DNA from: Escherichia coli
GTDB lineage: Bacteria > Pseudomonadota > Gammaproteobacteria > Enterobacterales > Enterobacteriaceae
Strand: one strand, 5' to 3'
Length of the DNA stretch: 64,000 bases
Assembly (NCBI RefSeq): GCF_022846255.1
Contig: NZ_AP025682.1
The first letter of the stretch is position 1. Each line of letters begins with the position of its first letter. Shown piece after piece: positions 11,139 through 21,907 of the stretch. The notes under the pieces were generated by a model. That model had not been told where the DNA came from, made no database searches, and saw only the letters and a list, made by a program, of their open reading frames with translations. Both the position numbers and the translations under genes were made by a program.

Positions 11139-11756
11139 TTACACTTCCTCCGGATTAGCCAGATAACCAGTGGTATCGCCGGTCGGGCGGCTGTTGGCGT
11201 TAGGTTTGATAACGATATTGGGTTTTGTGAAATGCGCGCGCGGTAGTGGCGCGACGGCAGCAAGAGTGCCGTGCTTCTGGCGCAGCTCTTCAATTGGACC
11301 GAACTCAAGTGCACGCAGCGGGCAGGATTCGACACATATGGGTTGTTTCCCCTCGGCGACGCGCGAATAACAACCATCGCACTTCGTCATGTGTCCTTTT
11401 TCAGCATTGTACTGTGGCGCGCCGTACGGACAAGCCATGTGGCAGTAGCGGCAGCCGATACAAACATCTTCATCAACCACCACAAAGCCATCTTCACGCT
11501 TATGCATTGCGCCGCTGGGGCAGACTTTTGTACATGCGGGGTCATCGCAATGGTTACAGGAGATGGAGAGATAATAAGCGAACACGTTCTGGTGCCAGAC
11601 GCCATTATCTTCCTGCCAGTCGCCGCCAGCATATTCATAAATACGGCGGAAACTGACTTCCGGGCCAAGATCTTTAAAATCTTTGCACGCCAGTTCGCAG
11701 GTTTTACAGCCAGTACAGCGGCTTGAATCGATAAAAAATCCATATTGTGTGGTCAT
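11139..11756 (-). CDS. ynfG: 4Fe-4S ferredoxin-type subunit YnfG (DmsB paralog)
   Basis: 205 aa with four Cys clusters (CxxCxxCxxxCP). Confidence 0.9.
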   Translation of the reverse strand: MTTQYGFFIDSSRCTGCKTCELACKDFKDLGPEVSFRRIYEYAGGDWQEDNGVWHQNVFAYYLSISCNHCDDPACTKVCPSGAMHKREDGFVVVDEDVCIGCRYCHMACPYGAPQYNAEKGHMTKCDGCYSRVAEGKQPICVESCPLRALEFGPIEELRQKHGTLAAVAPLPRAHFTKPNIVIKPNANSRPTGDTTGYLANPEEV

Positions 11757-11766
11757 GGGCTACTCC

Positions 11767-14193
11767 TTAAACCTTTTCGATCTGGACAAGATTGCTGTGC
11801 GACGGGTTTCCCTTTGCCAGCGGTGAAGGGCGGTGCGAGGTCAGAATATTGATACTGCCGCCGTGATCGACCCGGTCACCAAACATATCCGCTTTAAGCC
11901 ACGCACCTTGCCCGATGGCGGTAACGCCAGGCAGAATACGCGGAGTCACTTTCGCGGCAATCAACATTTCTCCATTATTGTTAAATACCCGCACGGTATC
12001 GCCATGACGGATACCGCGTGCCTGAGCATCAATAGGGTTGATCCACACCTCTTGTGGGCAGGCTTGCTGTAATACATCAATATTGCCGTAACTGGAGTGG
12101 GTACGCGCTTTGTAGTGGAAGCCCGTTAGCTGCAGTGGAAAGGTTTTCCGCAGGGGATCGTCCCAGCCATCAAAACCTGGCGTATAAGCTGGAAGGGGAT
12201 GAATAATTTCATCTTTTTTCAATTCCCAGGTATCCGCAATCTTCGCCAGTCGTTCAGAATAAATTTCGATTTTTCCCGAAGGTGTTTTCAATGGGTTTGC
12301 CTGTGGATCTTCACGGAATGCGCGGAAAGCGACGTAGTGTTCTTCCGGGCATTTTTTCTTAAAGATCCCGGTCGTTTTCATCTCCTCGTAGTCGGGCATC
12401 TCAGGGTTACGTTCCTTCGTTTTCGCATGGAGATATTTGATCCATTCATGCTGACTGCGACCTTCAGTAAAGGTTTGATAAACGTCTGGTCCTAAGCGTT
12501 TGGCGACTTCACTCAGCATCCAGTAGATGGGTTTGCGTTCAAATTTTGCTGAGGTTGCGGGTTGGGCGAGGATCACATAGCCCATATTCCCGGCAGACTC
12601 ATGAGAGATGAGGTCTTCTTGCTCTGTTGGCATCAGGTCGGGTAACAGGATATCGCAATACTTAGCCGAGGCAGTCATGAAGTGGTCAATGCCAACAATC
12701 ATCTCGCACTTGCTGTCATCCTGAAGCACCTCATGGGTGTGATTGATGTCGCCATGTTGATTGATCAATGTGTTACTGGCGTAGCACCATAAAAACTTGA
12801 TGGGGACATCCAGTTTTTCTTTTCCACGAACACCATCACGGGGCGCGGTCATTTCCGTACCATGGTCGATAGCATCTGTCCATGTAAAGACGGAAATCTG
12901 CGTTTTAACAGGATTCTCGAGCATCGGGAACCATTCTACCCCCAGATCCCAGCTACCTTCGCGTACACCTGAGTTGCCGCCGTTTATGCCGACGTTACCG
13001 GTGAGAACGGAAAGCATGGCAATAGCGCGGGACGTTTGCTCGCCGTTGGAATGTCGTTGTGGCCCCCACCCCTGACAAATATAAGCCGGTTTTGCTGAAC
13101 CGATCTCTCGTGCCAACTGGATAATTTTTTCTGCCGGGATGCTGGTGATTTTTGCTGCCCATTCCGGCGTTTTAGCTATGCCGTCAGGCCCTTCGCCCAG
13201 AATATAGGCTTTATAATGCGCGTTACGTGGAGCGTTAGCTGGCAGCGTTTTTTCATCGTAACCAACACAATATTTGTCGAGAAATGGCTGATCGACCATG
13301 TTTTCAGTAATCAGTACCCAGGCAATTGCACAGGCCAGTGCGCCATCAGTGCCAGGGCGAATGGGCAGCCATTCATCTTCACGCCCGGCAGCTGTGTCGT
13401 TATAACGTGGATCGATGACGATCATGCGTGCGTTTGAACGTTCGCGGGCTTGCTCGACGTAGTAAGTGACACCACCGCCGCTCATCCGTGTTTCTGCCGG
13501 GTTATTTCCGAACATAACGACCAGTTTCGTATTGGCGATATCATCCGGGCTGTTGCCATCATTGGCACCGAACATATAACTCATTGCGGCACTGATCTGT
13601 GCGGTACTGTAGCTGCCATAGCGACTGAGAAAACCACCGCAAGAGTTCATCAGACGGTACGGGACGTTTGAGTTGGTGATGTTTCCGCCATCTACGCCTG
13701 TTCCATAGAGAACATGTACAGCCTCATTGCCGTAATCTTTTAGGATCCGCCGAAGATTATCACTGATGGTATCCAGGGCTTCGTCCCAACTTATCCGTTC
13801 AAATTTACCTTCACCGCGCTTGCCGACGCGCTTCATGGGATATTTCAACCTGTCAGGATGATTCATCCGTCGGCGGATAGAGCGCCCGCGTAAACATGCC
13901 CGAACCTGATGATTACCGTAAACGTCGTCACCTGTCGTATCAGACTCCACCCAGTACACGGTGTCATCTTTCACATGCAAACGTAACAGACAGCGGCTCC
14001 CGCAGTTAACGGTGCAGGAACTCCAGACCGCTTTCTCTTCTACCGGTGCCTGTGCCGCTCGGACCATTTGGGAAAACGGCAAAGTGAAAGCACTGCTTGC
14101 CAGCGCGAGACTGCCAAGTGCGGAGGTTTTCATCAGACTTCTACGACTGATTTCAGCCGACATGAGCGCCTCTGTGTTATGGATTTTCATCAT
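11767..14193 (-). CDS. ynfF: molybdopterin oxidoreductase catalytic subunit YnfF (DmsA paralog)
   Basis: 808 aa, twin-arginine signal (RRSLMK), molybdopterin-binding domains. Confidence 0.9.
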   Translation of the reverse strand: MMKIHNTEALMSAEISRRSLMKTSALGSLALASSAFTLPFSQMVRAAQAPVEEKAVWSSCTVNCGSRCLLRLHVKDDTVYWVESDTTGDDVYGNHQVRACLRGRSIRRRMNHPDRLKYPMKRVGKRGEGKFERISWDEALDTISDNLRRILKDYGNEAVHVLYGTGVDGGNITNSNVPYRLMNSCGGFLSRYGSYSTAQISAAMSYMFGANDGNSPDDIANTKLVVMFGNNPAETRMSGGGVTYYVEQARERSNARMIVIDPRYNDTAAGREDEWLPIRPGTDGALACAIAWVLITENMVDQPFLDKYCVGYDEKTLPANAPRNAHYKAYILGEGPDGIAKTPEWAAKITSIPAEKIIQLAREIGSAKPAYICQGWGPQRHSNGEQTSRAIAMLSVLTGNVGINGGNSGVREGSWDLGVEWFPMLENPVKTQISVFTWTDAIDHGTEMTAPRDGVRGKEKLDVPIKFLWCYASNTLINQHGDINHTHEVLQDDSKCEMIVGIDHFMTASAKYCDILLPDLMPTEQEDLISHESAGNMGYVILAQPATSAKFERKPIYWMLSEVAKRLGPDVYQTFTEGRSQHEWIKYLHAKTKERNPEMPDYEEMKTTGIFKKKCPEEHYVAFRAFREDPQANPLKTPSGKIEIYSERLAKIADTWELKKDEIIHPLPAYTPGFDGWDDPLRKTFPLQLTGFHYKARTHSSYGNIDVLQQACPQEVWINPIDAQARGIRHGDTVRVFNNNGEMLIAAKVTPRILPGVTAIGQGAWLKADMFGDRVDHGGSINILTSHRPSPLAKGNPSHSNLVQIEKV

Positions 14194-14250
14194 TACTCAC
14201 TTATTGCTTTTCAAACAAAATGTCATGTCAAAATTTATGGTCGTAGTGGG

Positions 14251-16677
14251 TTATATTTTTTCGATCTCGACCAGATTAGTGTGCTGCGGGTTTCCCTTCG
14301 CCAGTGGTGAAGGGCGCAGAGTGGTTAGCGTATTCACACAGCCGCCGTGGTCGATTTTATCGCCAGACATATTGGCCTCGTGCCAGGCTCCCTGGCCCAT
14401 AGCACTAACTCCAGGGAGAATGCGTGGTGTCACTTTGGCTGGTAGCCGAACTTCGCCACGATGGTTAAACACCCGCACCATATCGCCGTTGGCAATCCCA
14501 CGTTTCTGTGCATCTATAGGGTTGATCCACACTTCCTGACGGCAGGCTGCCTTCAGGACATCAATGTTGCCGTAGGTCGAGTGCGTACGGGATTTGTAAT
14601 GGAAACCAAACAGTTGCAGTGGGAAGGCACTACGTTCAGGGGAGTCCCAGCCTTCAAAGGTTGAGGCATAAACCGGCAGTGGGCTTATCACTTCATCTTT
14701 TTCCAGTTCCCAGGTACGGGCAATTTCCGCCAGCTTGCTGGAATAAATTTCAATCTTACCGGAAGGCGTTTTAAGTGGATTTGCCTCGGGGTCGTCACGA
14801 AATGCTTTGTAGGCGACAAAATGACCATTGGGATCTTTACGCTTATAGATACCCATTTTTTTTAATTCGTCGTAAGACGGTAACGCCGGATCTTTGGCAA
14901 GCATTTTGGCGTACAGATGTTGTAACCATTGTTCCTGCGTGCGACCTTCAGTGAACTTTTGATAGACGTCAGGTCCAAGACGTTTCGCGACTTCACTCAG
15001 GATCCAGTAAATTGGTTTGCGTTCGAATTTTTCGCTGGTGACAGGCTGGAGGAAAATGAGATATCCCATGTTACCGGCGTAGTCGTTAGGAATAATATCT
15101 TCCTGCTCAACGGTCATCAGGTCTGGCAGCAGAATGTCGGCATATTTTGCCGATGAGGTCATAAAGTTTTCGATGACCACAATCATTTCGCATTTCGATT
15201 CGTCCTGCAGAATTTCATGCGTTTTGTTGATGTCAGAATGCTGATTAACCAGGGTATTTCCCGCGTAGTTCCAGATGAACTTAATGGGCACATCCAGTTT
15301 ATCTTTGCCCCGGACGCCGTCGCGGATTCCCGTCATTTGCGGGCCATGATCGATAGCATCTGTCCAACTGAAGCAGGAGATTGACGTTTTGACCGGATTA
15401 TCAAGCACCGGCAGGCGTTCTATGGTAATGGTATAGGTCGATTCACGCGCGCCACTATTTCCGCCGCTGATGCCGACATTGCCCGTCAGAATAGGCAACA
15501 TCGCAATAGCGCGTGCAGTCAGCTCGCCGTTTGCCTGGCGTTGCGGTCCCCAGCCCTGGCAGATATAAGCGGGTTTTGCTGTGCCAATTTCACGCGCCAG
15601 TTTGATGATACGGTCCACCGGGATACCGGTAATTTGCGAAGCCCACTGCGGCGTTTTCGCTGTTTTATCATCACCTTCACCAAGAATATAGGCTTTATAG
15701 TGACCATTTTTGGGTGCATCTGCGGGTAAGGTTTTTTCGTCATAGCCGACGCAGTATTTATCGAGAAAAGGTTGATCAACGAGATTTTCGTTAATCAATA
15801 CCCAGGCAATACCCGCAACCAGCGCGGCATCGGTGCCCGGGCGAATAGGAAGCCATTCATCTTCACGACCAGCAGCCGTATCGGTATATCGCGGATCGAT
15901 AACAATCATTTTGGCGTTCGATTTCTCGCGCGCTTTTTCAAGAAGATAAGTGATGCCACCGCCGCTCATGCGGGTTTCTGCCGGGTTGTTACCAAACATC
16001 ACGACCAGCTTGCTGTTTTCAATATCCGTGGTGCTGTTGCCATCATTACTGCCGTAGGTGTAGGGCATGGCACAGGAAATTTGCGCGGTGCTGTAGGAGC
16101 CATACTGGTTGAGTGAACCGCCGTAGCAGTTCATCAGGCGTTTGACCGCCGAGGCGGATGGCGAAGAGCGGGTCATATTGCCGCCAACGATCCCTGAAGA
16201 GTACTGAATATATACAGCCTCATTGCCATATTGTTCGACGGTTTTTTTCAGGCTACTGGCGATAGTATCCAGGGCTTCATCCCAGCTAATCCGTTCGAAT
16301 TTGCCTTCGCCGCGTTTGCCCACGCGTTTCATTGGGTAATTCAGGCGATCGGGATGATTAATACGCCGACGGATGGAGCGACCGCGCAAACAGGCACGTA
16401 CTTGATGATTGCCATACTCGTCGTTGCCGGTGTTGTCAGTTTCCACCCAGGTCACTTCATTATCTTTAACATGCAGACGAAGTGCACAGCGGCTACCACA
16501 GTTGACGGAACAGGCACCCCAGACCACTTTCTCGCTGGCCTGTTGTACCGCTGCCGCTGCACTGCGCAGGGTGAACGGTAAAGAAAAACCGCCTGCAGCC
16601 AGCGCCAGAGAACCTATCGCGGTAGATTTAACGAGTGTTCTGCGGCTGATGCCCACCATTTGTTCATTTTTGGACAT
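14251..16677 (-). CDS. ynfE: selenate/DMSO-reductase-family catalytic subunit YnfE (DmsA paralog)
   Basis: 808 aa, twin-arginine signal (SRRTLVK), paralogous to adjacent ynfF. Confidence 0.9.
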   Translation of the reverse strand: MSKNEQMVGISRRTLVKSTAIGSLALAAGGFSLPFTLRSAAAAVQQASEKVVWGACSVNCGSRCALRLHVKDNEVTWVETDNTGNDEYGNHQVRACLRGRSIRRRINHPDRLNYPMKRVGKRGEGKFERISWDEALDTIASSLKKTVEQYGNEAVYIQYSSGIVGGNMTRSSPSASAVKRLMNCYGGSLNQYGSYSTAQISCAMPYTYGSNDGNSTTDIENSKLVVMFGNNPAETRMSGGGITYLLEKAREKSNAKMIVIDPRYTDTAAGREDEWLPIRPGTDAALVAGIAWVLINENLVDQPFLDKYCVGYDEKTLPADAPKNGHYKAYILGEGDDKTAKTPQWASQITGIPVDRIIKLAREIGTAKPAYICQGWGPQRQANGELTARAIAMLPILTGNVGISGGNSGARESTYTITIERLPVLDNPVKTSISCFSWTDAIDHGPQMTGIRDGVRGKDKLDVPIKFIWNYAGNTLVNQHSDINKTHEILQDESKCEMIVVIENFMTSSAKYADILLPDLMTVEQEDIIPNDYAGNMGYLIFLQPVTSEKFERKPIYWILSEVAKRLGPDVYQKFTEGRTQEQWLQHLYAKMLAKDPALPSYDELKKMGIYKRKDPNGHFVAYKAFRDDPEANPLKTPSGKIEIYSSKLAEIARTWELEKDEVISPLPVYASTFEGWDSPERSAFPLQLFGFHYKSRTHSTYGNIDVLKAACRQEVWINPIDAQKRGIANGDMVRVFNHRGEVRLPAKVTPRILPGVSAMGQGAWHEANMSGDKIDHGGCVNTLTTLRPSPLAKGNPQHTNLVEIEKI

Positions 16678-16776
16678 AACTCACTCCCTGTTCTTTATCG
16701 TTATATAAAAGTTTATATATTGAATATTTAGCGCGCTAACAATAGAGGGAGTCTACCTATTTTGGGTTAATAATTA

Positions 16777-16790
16777 TTAATCCATATCAA
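16777..16790. promoter_or_regulatory. FNR-box-like site upstream of ynfE
   Basis: TTAAT-CCAT-ATCAA, one mismatch to TTGAT-N4-ATCAA, about 105 nt upstream of the ynfE ATG. Confidence 0.45.
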
Positions 16791-16875
16791 TAGAAGGGTA
16801 TGAGTAATAAGGTGGGATTATGTTGTATATTCAAATCGCCGGATGTGTCGTATCCGGCGTGCAGTCGATAATGTA

Positions 16876-17181
16876 TTACTGCGGTTCGGCAGGCGCGCCA
16901 TCCTGGGTAGACTGCGCGGGAGCAGAGACGTTACCGCTGGTGGTGCGGGTATAGAGAATTTTATGCGTATCATTAGCGCAATGCCCGACGACCTGGGAAT
17001 CAGGCTGATCAACCTGGTCATTGGGTACAATACTTAACGTGAAGCTGCTTTCGGGTACGCCATTATTGATAATGCGCTGTGATATATCGCTCTGTATGCG
17101 CTCACAGGATCCCGGCGCGGCGAGTACCGTGGGTGAGGCGAGGGCGAGCAGAAGCGCGGCACAGCAGGTTGAGAGTTTCAT
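16876..17181 (-). CDS. ynfD: small secreted protein YnfD (DUF1161)
   Basis: 101 aa from MKLSTCCAALLLALASPTVLA signal peptide; AAGGAG Shine-Dalgarno upstream. Confidence 0.8.
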   Translation of the reverse strand: MKLSTCCAALLLALASPTVLAAPGSCERIQSDISQRIINNGVPESSFTLSIVPNDQVDQPDSQVVGHCANDTHKILYTRTTSGNVSAPAQSTQDGAPAEPQ

Positions 17182-17288
17182 CATAAGCTCCTTACGCGAA
17201 GATAACTTCTTTAAGCATAGCATTTAACGTGTAAAGTACTGTATTTGCTACTATGATTGAGAATCATCTCTACTCTCAGGTGACTGTT

Positions 17289-17999
17289 GTGAAATACAAA
17301 TTACTGCCATGCTTACTCGCGATATTCCTCACAGGATGTGACCGCACAGAGGTAACACTTTCATTTACCCCTGAGATGGCCAGTTTCTCTAATGAATTCG
17401 ATTTTGATCCGCTGCGTGGTCCGGTAAAAGATTTCACTCAGACATTAATGGATGAGCAAGGTGAAGTGACGAAACGTGTTTCGGGGACTTTGTCGGAAGA
17501 AGGCTGTTTTGATTCACTCGAATTACTGGATCTGGAAAATAATACCGTGGTTGCCCTGGTACTGGACGCCAATTATTACCGTGATGCCCAGACACTGGAG
17601 AAAAGAGTTCGTTTGCAGGGAAAATGCCAGCTAGCAGAATTACCTTCTGCTGGGGTGAGTTGGGAAACCGATGATAATGGTTTCGTGATTAAAGCCAGCA
17701 GCAAACAGATGCAGATGGAATATCGCTATGATGATCAGGGGTATCCGCTGGGTAAAACCACGAAAAGTAACGATAAAACATTATCTGTCAGCGCCACGCC
17801 ATCAACGGACCCGATCAAAAAATTAGATTACACAGCGGTTACTTTACTGAATAATCAACGGGTTGGTAATGTAAAACAGAGCTGTGAATATGACAATCAC
17901 GCCAATCCGGTGGACTGTCAGCTAATCATTGTTGATGAAGGAGTAAAACCCGCCGTCGAACGGGTTTACACCATCAAAAATACGATCGATTATTATTAA
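17289..17999 (+). CDS. ynfC: lipoprotein YnfC (UPF0257)
   Basis: 236 aa from GTG start, lipobox LTGC at the signal peptide end. Confidence 0.8.
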   Translation: MKYKLLPCLLAIFLTGCDRTEVTLSFTPEMASFSNEFDFDPLRGPVKDFTQTLMDEQGEVTKRVSGTLSEEGCFDSLELLDLENNTVVALVLDANYYRDAQTLEKRVRLQGKCQLAELPSAGVSWETDDNGFVIKASSKQMQMEYRYDDQGYPLGKTTKSNDKTLSVSATPSTDPIKKLDYTAVTLLNNQRVGNVKQSCEYDNHANPVDCQLIIVDEGVKPAVERVYTIKNTIDYY

Positions 18000-18001
18000 T
18001 A

Positions 18002-18562
18002 CTATTGTGCGGTCGGCTTCAGGAGAGTCTGACCCGGTGTTTTGTGCTCTGCCAGATACTGATGCTGGAATATACACATGCGAATGGCATTACGATATTG
18101 ACCATTAATAAAGAACTCATGCATCAATTCACCTTCAACCGTAAAGCCAAGCTTGCGGTAAATGTGAATCGCTTTTTCATTCTCTTTATCAACGATCAGA
18201 TACAGCTTATAGAGATTGAGAACGGTGAAGCCATAGTCCATTGCTAATTTGGCGGCACGGGTTGCCAGACCTTTCCCCTGATACTCTGGGGAGATAATTA
18301 TCTGAAATTCTGCGCGGCGATGAACATGGTTAATTTCCACCAGCTCCACCAGACCGGCTTTTTCGCCGTCACATTCCACCACAAAGCGCCGTTCGCTCTG
18401 ATCGTGAATATGCTTATCATACAGATCAGAGAGTTCAACAAAGGCTTCGTAGGGTTCCTCAAACCAGTAACGCATCACACTGGCGTTATTGTCGAGTTGA
18501 TGTACATAGCGTAAATCTTCACGCTCCAGCGGGCGTAGCTTAACACTGTGGGCGCTTGGCAT
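18002..18562 (-). CDS. speG: spermidine N1-acetyltransferase SpeG
   Basis: 186 aa GNAT acetyltransferase; sequence recognised as SpeG. Confidence 0.95.
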   Translation of the reverse strand: MPSAHSVKLRPLEREDLRYVHQLDNNASVMRYWFEEPYEAFVELSDLYDKHIHDQSERRFVVECDGEKAGLVELVEINHVHRRAEFQIIISPEYQGKGLATRAAKLAMDYGFTVLNLYKLYLIVDKENEKAIHIYRKLGFTVEGELMHEFFINGQYRNAIRMCIFQHQYLAEHKTPGQTLLKPTAQ

Positions 18563-18596
18563 AACGTGTCCTTACATTCCTTAAATCAATAACAGG

Positions 18597-18938
18597 TTAG
18601 GGGATAATAACGCGGCCAGTTCGACGGTCCAGGCAGCGCAAAGTATTTGGCTCCCAGTAGGCATTGATGTTGGCGCTTTGCTCACATTTATCGCGGTTAT
18701 CAAAAGCAGCGTCGGCTTTATCCCACTCTTTTTCAGTGCGTTTATTCACTTTCTGGCGCAGATTACGCGTGTCATTCCATTGCTCTTTTTCCATAGCGGC
18801 GCGCTGGCGGCTTTGTGCACTGTCGCCAGACTCAATCACCAGTTTGTTAGTTTCGGCATGAACAGTTGTGCTCAATGCCAGTGCGCAAGGCAGCAGAAAA
18901 GCGAGCAGGCCGATTCGTTTGCTGAGAGTGATTTTCAT
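18597..18938 (-). CDS. ynfB: secreted protein YnfB (UPF0482)
   Basis: 113 aa with signal peptide. Confidence 0.85.
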   Translation of the reverse strand: MKITLSKRIGLLAFLLPCALALSTTVHAETNKLVIESGDSAQSRQRAAMEKEQWNDTRNLRQKVNKRTEKEWDKADAAFDNRDKCEQSANINAYWEPNTLRCLDRRTGRVIIP

Positions 18939-19072
18939 AATTCATTCCCTGTATGAATGATTAAAGCTGATTCTACACCATCCACTGCGAACGCAAAACG
19001 TTCAAGGAGGGTGTTTATATTGATGATATTATGTCGCCCTATAACTATACGTGATGTCAATAAGTGACAAAG

Positions 19073-19399
19073 ATGATTAAAACAACGTTACTATTTTTTG
19101 CTACTGCGCTGTGTGAAATTATTGGATGCTTTTTGCCCTGGCTGTGGTTGAAGCGAAACGCCAGTATCTGGCTGTTGCTTCCGGCGGGGATTTCACTGGC
19201 GCTGTTTGTCTGGTTGTTAACGTTGCATCCTGCGGCGAGTGGGCGTGTTTACGCGGCTTATGGTGGCGTTTATGTCTGCACGGCGTTGATTTGGCTGCGC
19301 GTTGTGGATGGCGTGAAACTGACTCTTTATGACTGGACGGGGGCGTTAATTGCGCTTTGCGGCATGTTGATCATTGTTGCGGGCTGGGGGCGCACGTAG
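19073..19399 (+). CDS. ynfA: inner membrane protein YnfA (UPF0060)
   Basis: 108 aa from MIKTTLLFF, four TM segments; track ORF starts 3 codons earlier. Confidence 0.85.
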   Translation: MIKTTLLFFATALCEIIGCFLPWLWLKRNASIWLLLPAGISLALFVWLLTLHPAASGRVYAAYGGVYVCTALIWLRVVDGVKLTLYDWTGALIALCGMLIIVAGWGRT

Positions 19400-19604
19400 G
19401 AACATAAATCCATTTTATCAATAAGATACGAGGAAGTGTCAGCTGACAAAAGGTATTCTATTTCATCTTTTGTCAACCATTCACGGCGCAAATATACGCC
19501 TTTTTTTGTGATCACTCCGGCTTTTTTTAATCTTCATACTTGTATGGTAGTAGCTCAGTTGCGTAGATTTCATGCATCACGACAAGCGATGCAAGGAATC
19601 GAAC

Positions 19605-20819
19605 ATGAAGATCGTAAAGGCTGAAGTTTTTGTTACCTGTCCGGGGCGTAATTTCGTCACATTAAAAATCACCACTGAGGACGGTATTACGGGCCTTGGG
19701 GATGCCACCCTAAATGGACGTGAGCTTTCCGTGGCCTCTTATTTGCAGGATCACCTTTGTCCGCAGCTTATTGGTCGCGATGCACACCGTATCGAAGATA
19801 TCTGGCAGTTTTTCTATAAAGGTGCTTACTGGCGTCGCGGTCCGGTTACGATGTCGGCCATTTCAGCGGTTGATATGGCGCTGTGGGATATTAAAGCCAA
19901 AGCTGCCAACATGCCGCTTTACCAGTTACTCGGCGGCGCGTCTCGTGAAGGGGTGATGGTTTATTGCCATACCACCGGTCACAGTATTGATGAAGCTCTG
20001 GATGATTATGCCCGTCATCAGGAGCTGGGATTCAAAGCCATCCGCGTGCAGTGCGGAATCCCTGGTATGAAAACCACCTACGGCATGTCGAAAGGTAAAG
20101 GTCTGGCTTATGAACCCGCAACCAAAGGACAGTGGCCGGAAGAGCAGCTGTGGTCGACGGAGAAATACCTCGATTTCATGCCGAAATTGTTTGACGCGGT
20201 ACGTAACAAGTTTGGTTTTGATGAACATCTGCTGCATGACATGCACCATCGCTTAACGCCTATTGAAGCGGCGCGCTTTGGTAAGAGCATTGAAGATTAT
20301 CGCATGTTCTGGATGGAAGACCCGACACCTGCGGAAAACCAGGAATGCTTCCGTCTCATTCGCCAACATACCGTCACACCCATCGCGGTGGGTGAAGTCT
20401 TCAACAGCATCTGGGACTGCAAACAACTGATTGAAGAGCAACTCATCGATTATATCCGCACTACGCTGACCCATGCAGGCGGAATTACCGGTATGCGTCG
20501 GATTGCCGATTTTGCTTCGCTGTATCAGGTACGTACTGGCTCACACGGTCCTTCCGATTTGTCACCAGTCTGCATGGCTGCGGCGCTGCACTTTGATCTG
20601 TGGGTCCCCAATTTCGGTGTCCAGGAATACATGGGTTATTCCGAACAAATGCTCGAAGTCTTCCCGCACAACTGGACTTTCGATAACGGCTATATGCATC
20701 CGGGAGAAAAACCGGGTCTTGGCATCGAATTCGATGAAAAGCTGGCGGCGAAATATCCCTATGAACCTGCTTATCTGCCAGTCGCTCGTCTGGAAGATGG
20801 CACGCTGTGGAACTGGTAA
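19605..20819 (+). CDS. rspA: starvation-sensing protein RspA (enolase superfamily, mannonate dehydratase family)
   Basis: 404 aa from [11 protein letters not shown]; AAGGA Shine-Dalgarno 8 nt upstream. Confidence 0.92.
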   Translation: MKIVKAEVFVTCPGRNFVTLKITTEDGITGLGDATLNGRELSVASYLQDHLCPQLIGRDAHRIEDIWQFFYKGAYWRRGPVTMSAISAVDMALWDIKAKAANMPLYQLLGGASREGVMVYCHTTGHSIDEALDDYARHQELGFKAIRVQCGIPGMKTTYGMSKGKGLAYEPATKGQWPEEQLWSTEKYLDFMPKLFDAVRNKFGFDEHLLHDMHHRLTPIEAARFGKSIEDYRMFWMEDPTPAENQECFRLIRQHTVTPIAVGEVFNSIWDCKQLIEEQLIDYIRTTLTHAGGITGMRRIADFASLYQVRTGSHGPSDLSPVCMAAALHFDLWVPNFGVQEYMGYSEQMLEVFPHNWTFDNGYMHPGEKPGLGIEFDEKLAAKYPYEPAYLPVARLEDGTLWNW

Positions 20820-20830
20820 GGAGTAAGGTA

Positions 20831-21850
20831 ATGAAAAGCATTTTAATTGAAAAACCGAATCAACTGTCGATTATCGAACGTGAAATACCCACCCCGTCAG
20901 CGGGTGAAGTACGAGTAAAAGTGAAACTTGCCGGAATTTGTGGTTCAGATAGCCATATTTACCGTGGGCATAATCCTTTTGCGAAATATCCGCGCGTCAT
21001 TGGTCATGAATTCTTTGGCGTCATTGATGCAGTGGGTGAAGGCGTGGAAAGCGCCAGAGTCGGTGAACGCGTTGCTGTCGATCCGGTGGTCAGCTGTGGG
21101 CATTGCTATCCGTGCTCTATAGGTAAGCCGAACGTTTGTACGACACTTGCTGTATTAGGTGTGCACGCTGACGGTGGTTTCAGTGAATATGCCGTGGTTC
21201 CGGCAAAAAATGCGTGGAAAATTCCTGAAGCAGTGGCCGATCAATATGCGGTGATGATCGAACCTTTTACCATTGCGGCTAACGTTACCGGTCATGGTCA
21301 ACCGACTGAAAATGATACCGTTCTGGTTTACGGTGCCGGCCCAATCGGCCTGACGATCGTTCAGGTATTAAAAGGCGTCTATAACGTTAAAAATGTGATT
21401 GTTGCCGATCGCATTGATGAACGACTGGAAAAAGCGAAAGAGAGCGGGGCAGACTGGGCGATTAATAACAGCCAGACACCGCTTGGCGAGAGTTTCGCTG
21501 AAAAAGGCATCAAGCCGACTTTAATTATCGATGCCGCTTGTCATCCTTCAATCTTGAAAGAGGCCGTAACGCTGGCTTCTCCAGCGGCACGTATTGTATT
21601 GATGGGCTTCTCCAGTGAACCGTCTGAAGTGATTCAGCAAGGAATTACCGGAAAAGAACTCTCTATTTTCTCTTCACGCTTAAATGCAAATAAATTCCCG
21701 GTCGTTATCGACTGGTTAAGTAAAGGGTTAATTAAACCAGAAAAACTAATTACCCATACGTTTGATTTCCAGCATGTTGCGGATGCCATTAGTTTATTTG
21801 AACAGGATCAAAAACATTGCTGCAAAGTCTTACTCACTTTTTCTGAATAA
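20831..21850 (+). CDS. rspB: zinc-dependent alcohol dehydrogenase family protein RspB
   Basis: 339 aa from MKSILIEKPN; GHE/Cys zinc motifs; 12 nt after rspA. Confidence 0.92.
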   Translation: MKSILIEKPNQLSIIEREIPTPSAGEVRVKVKLAGICGSDSHIYRGHNPFAKYPRVIGHEFFGVIDAVGEGVESARVGERVAVDPVVSCGHCYPCSIGKPNVCTTLAVLGVHADGGFSEYAVVPAKNAWKIPEAVADQYAVMIEPFTIAANVTGHGQPTENDTVLVYGAGPIGLTIVQVLKGVYNVKNVIVADRIDERLEKAKESGADWAINNSQTPLGESFAEKGIKPTLIIDAACHPSILKEAVTLASPAARIVLMGFSSEPSEVIQQGITGKELSIFSSRLNANKFPVVIDWLSKGLIKPEKLITHTFDFQHVADAISLFEQDQKHCCKVLLTFSE

Positions 21851-21907
21851 TACCAATAACGGCGAGTAAGTAGTACGCATCTTACCTCTTTTTTAGAGAT
21901 AACCATT

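Noticed and set aside
10283-11377. 364-aa extended ynfH ORF overlapping ynfG
   Set aside because: Upstream extension has no homology signal and overlaps ynfG; the real start is the internal ATG (MGNGWHEW) one nucleotide after the ynfG stop.
11767-16677. Tandem ynfF/ynfE as a possible recent duplication or assembly artefact
   Set aside because: The two 808-aa proteins are clearly diverged paralogs with different Tat signal peptides; this tandem pair is a known feature of the locus.
16848-16868. REP-like hairpin GCCGGAT...ATCCGGC
   Set aside because: Single short stem just downstream of ynfD, more simply its terminator; does not match the REP consensus well.
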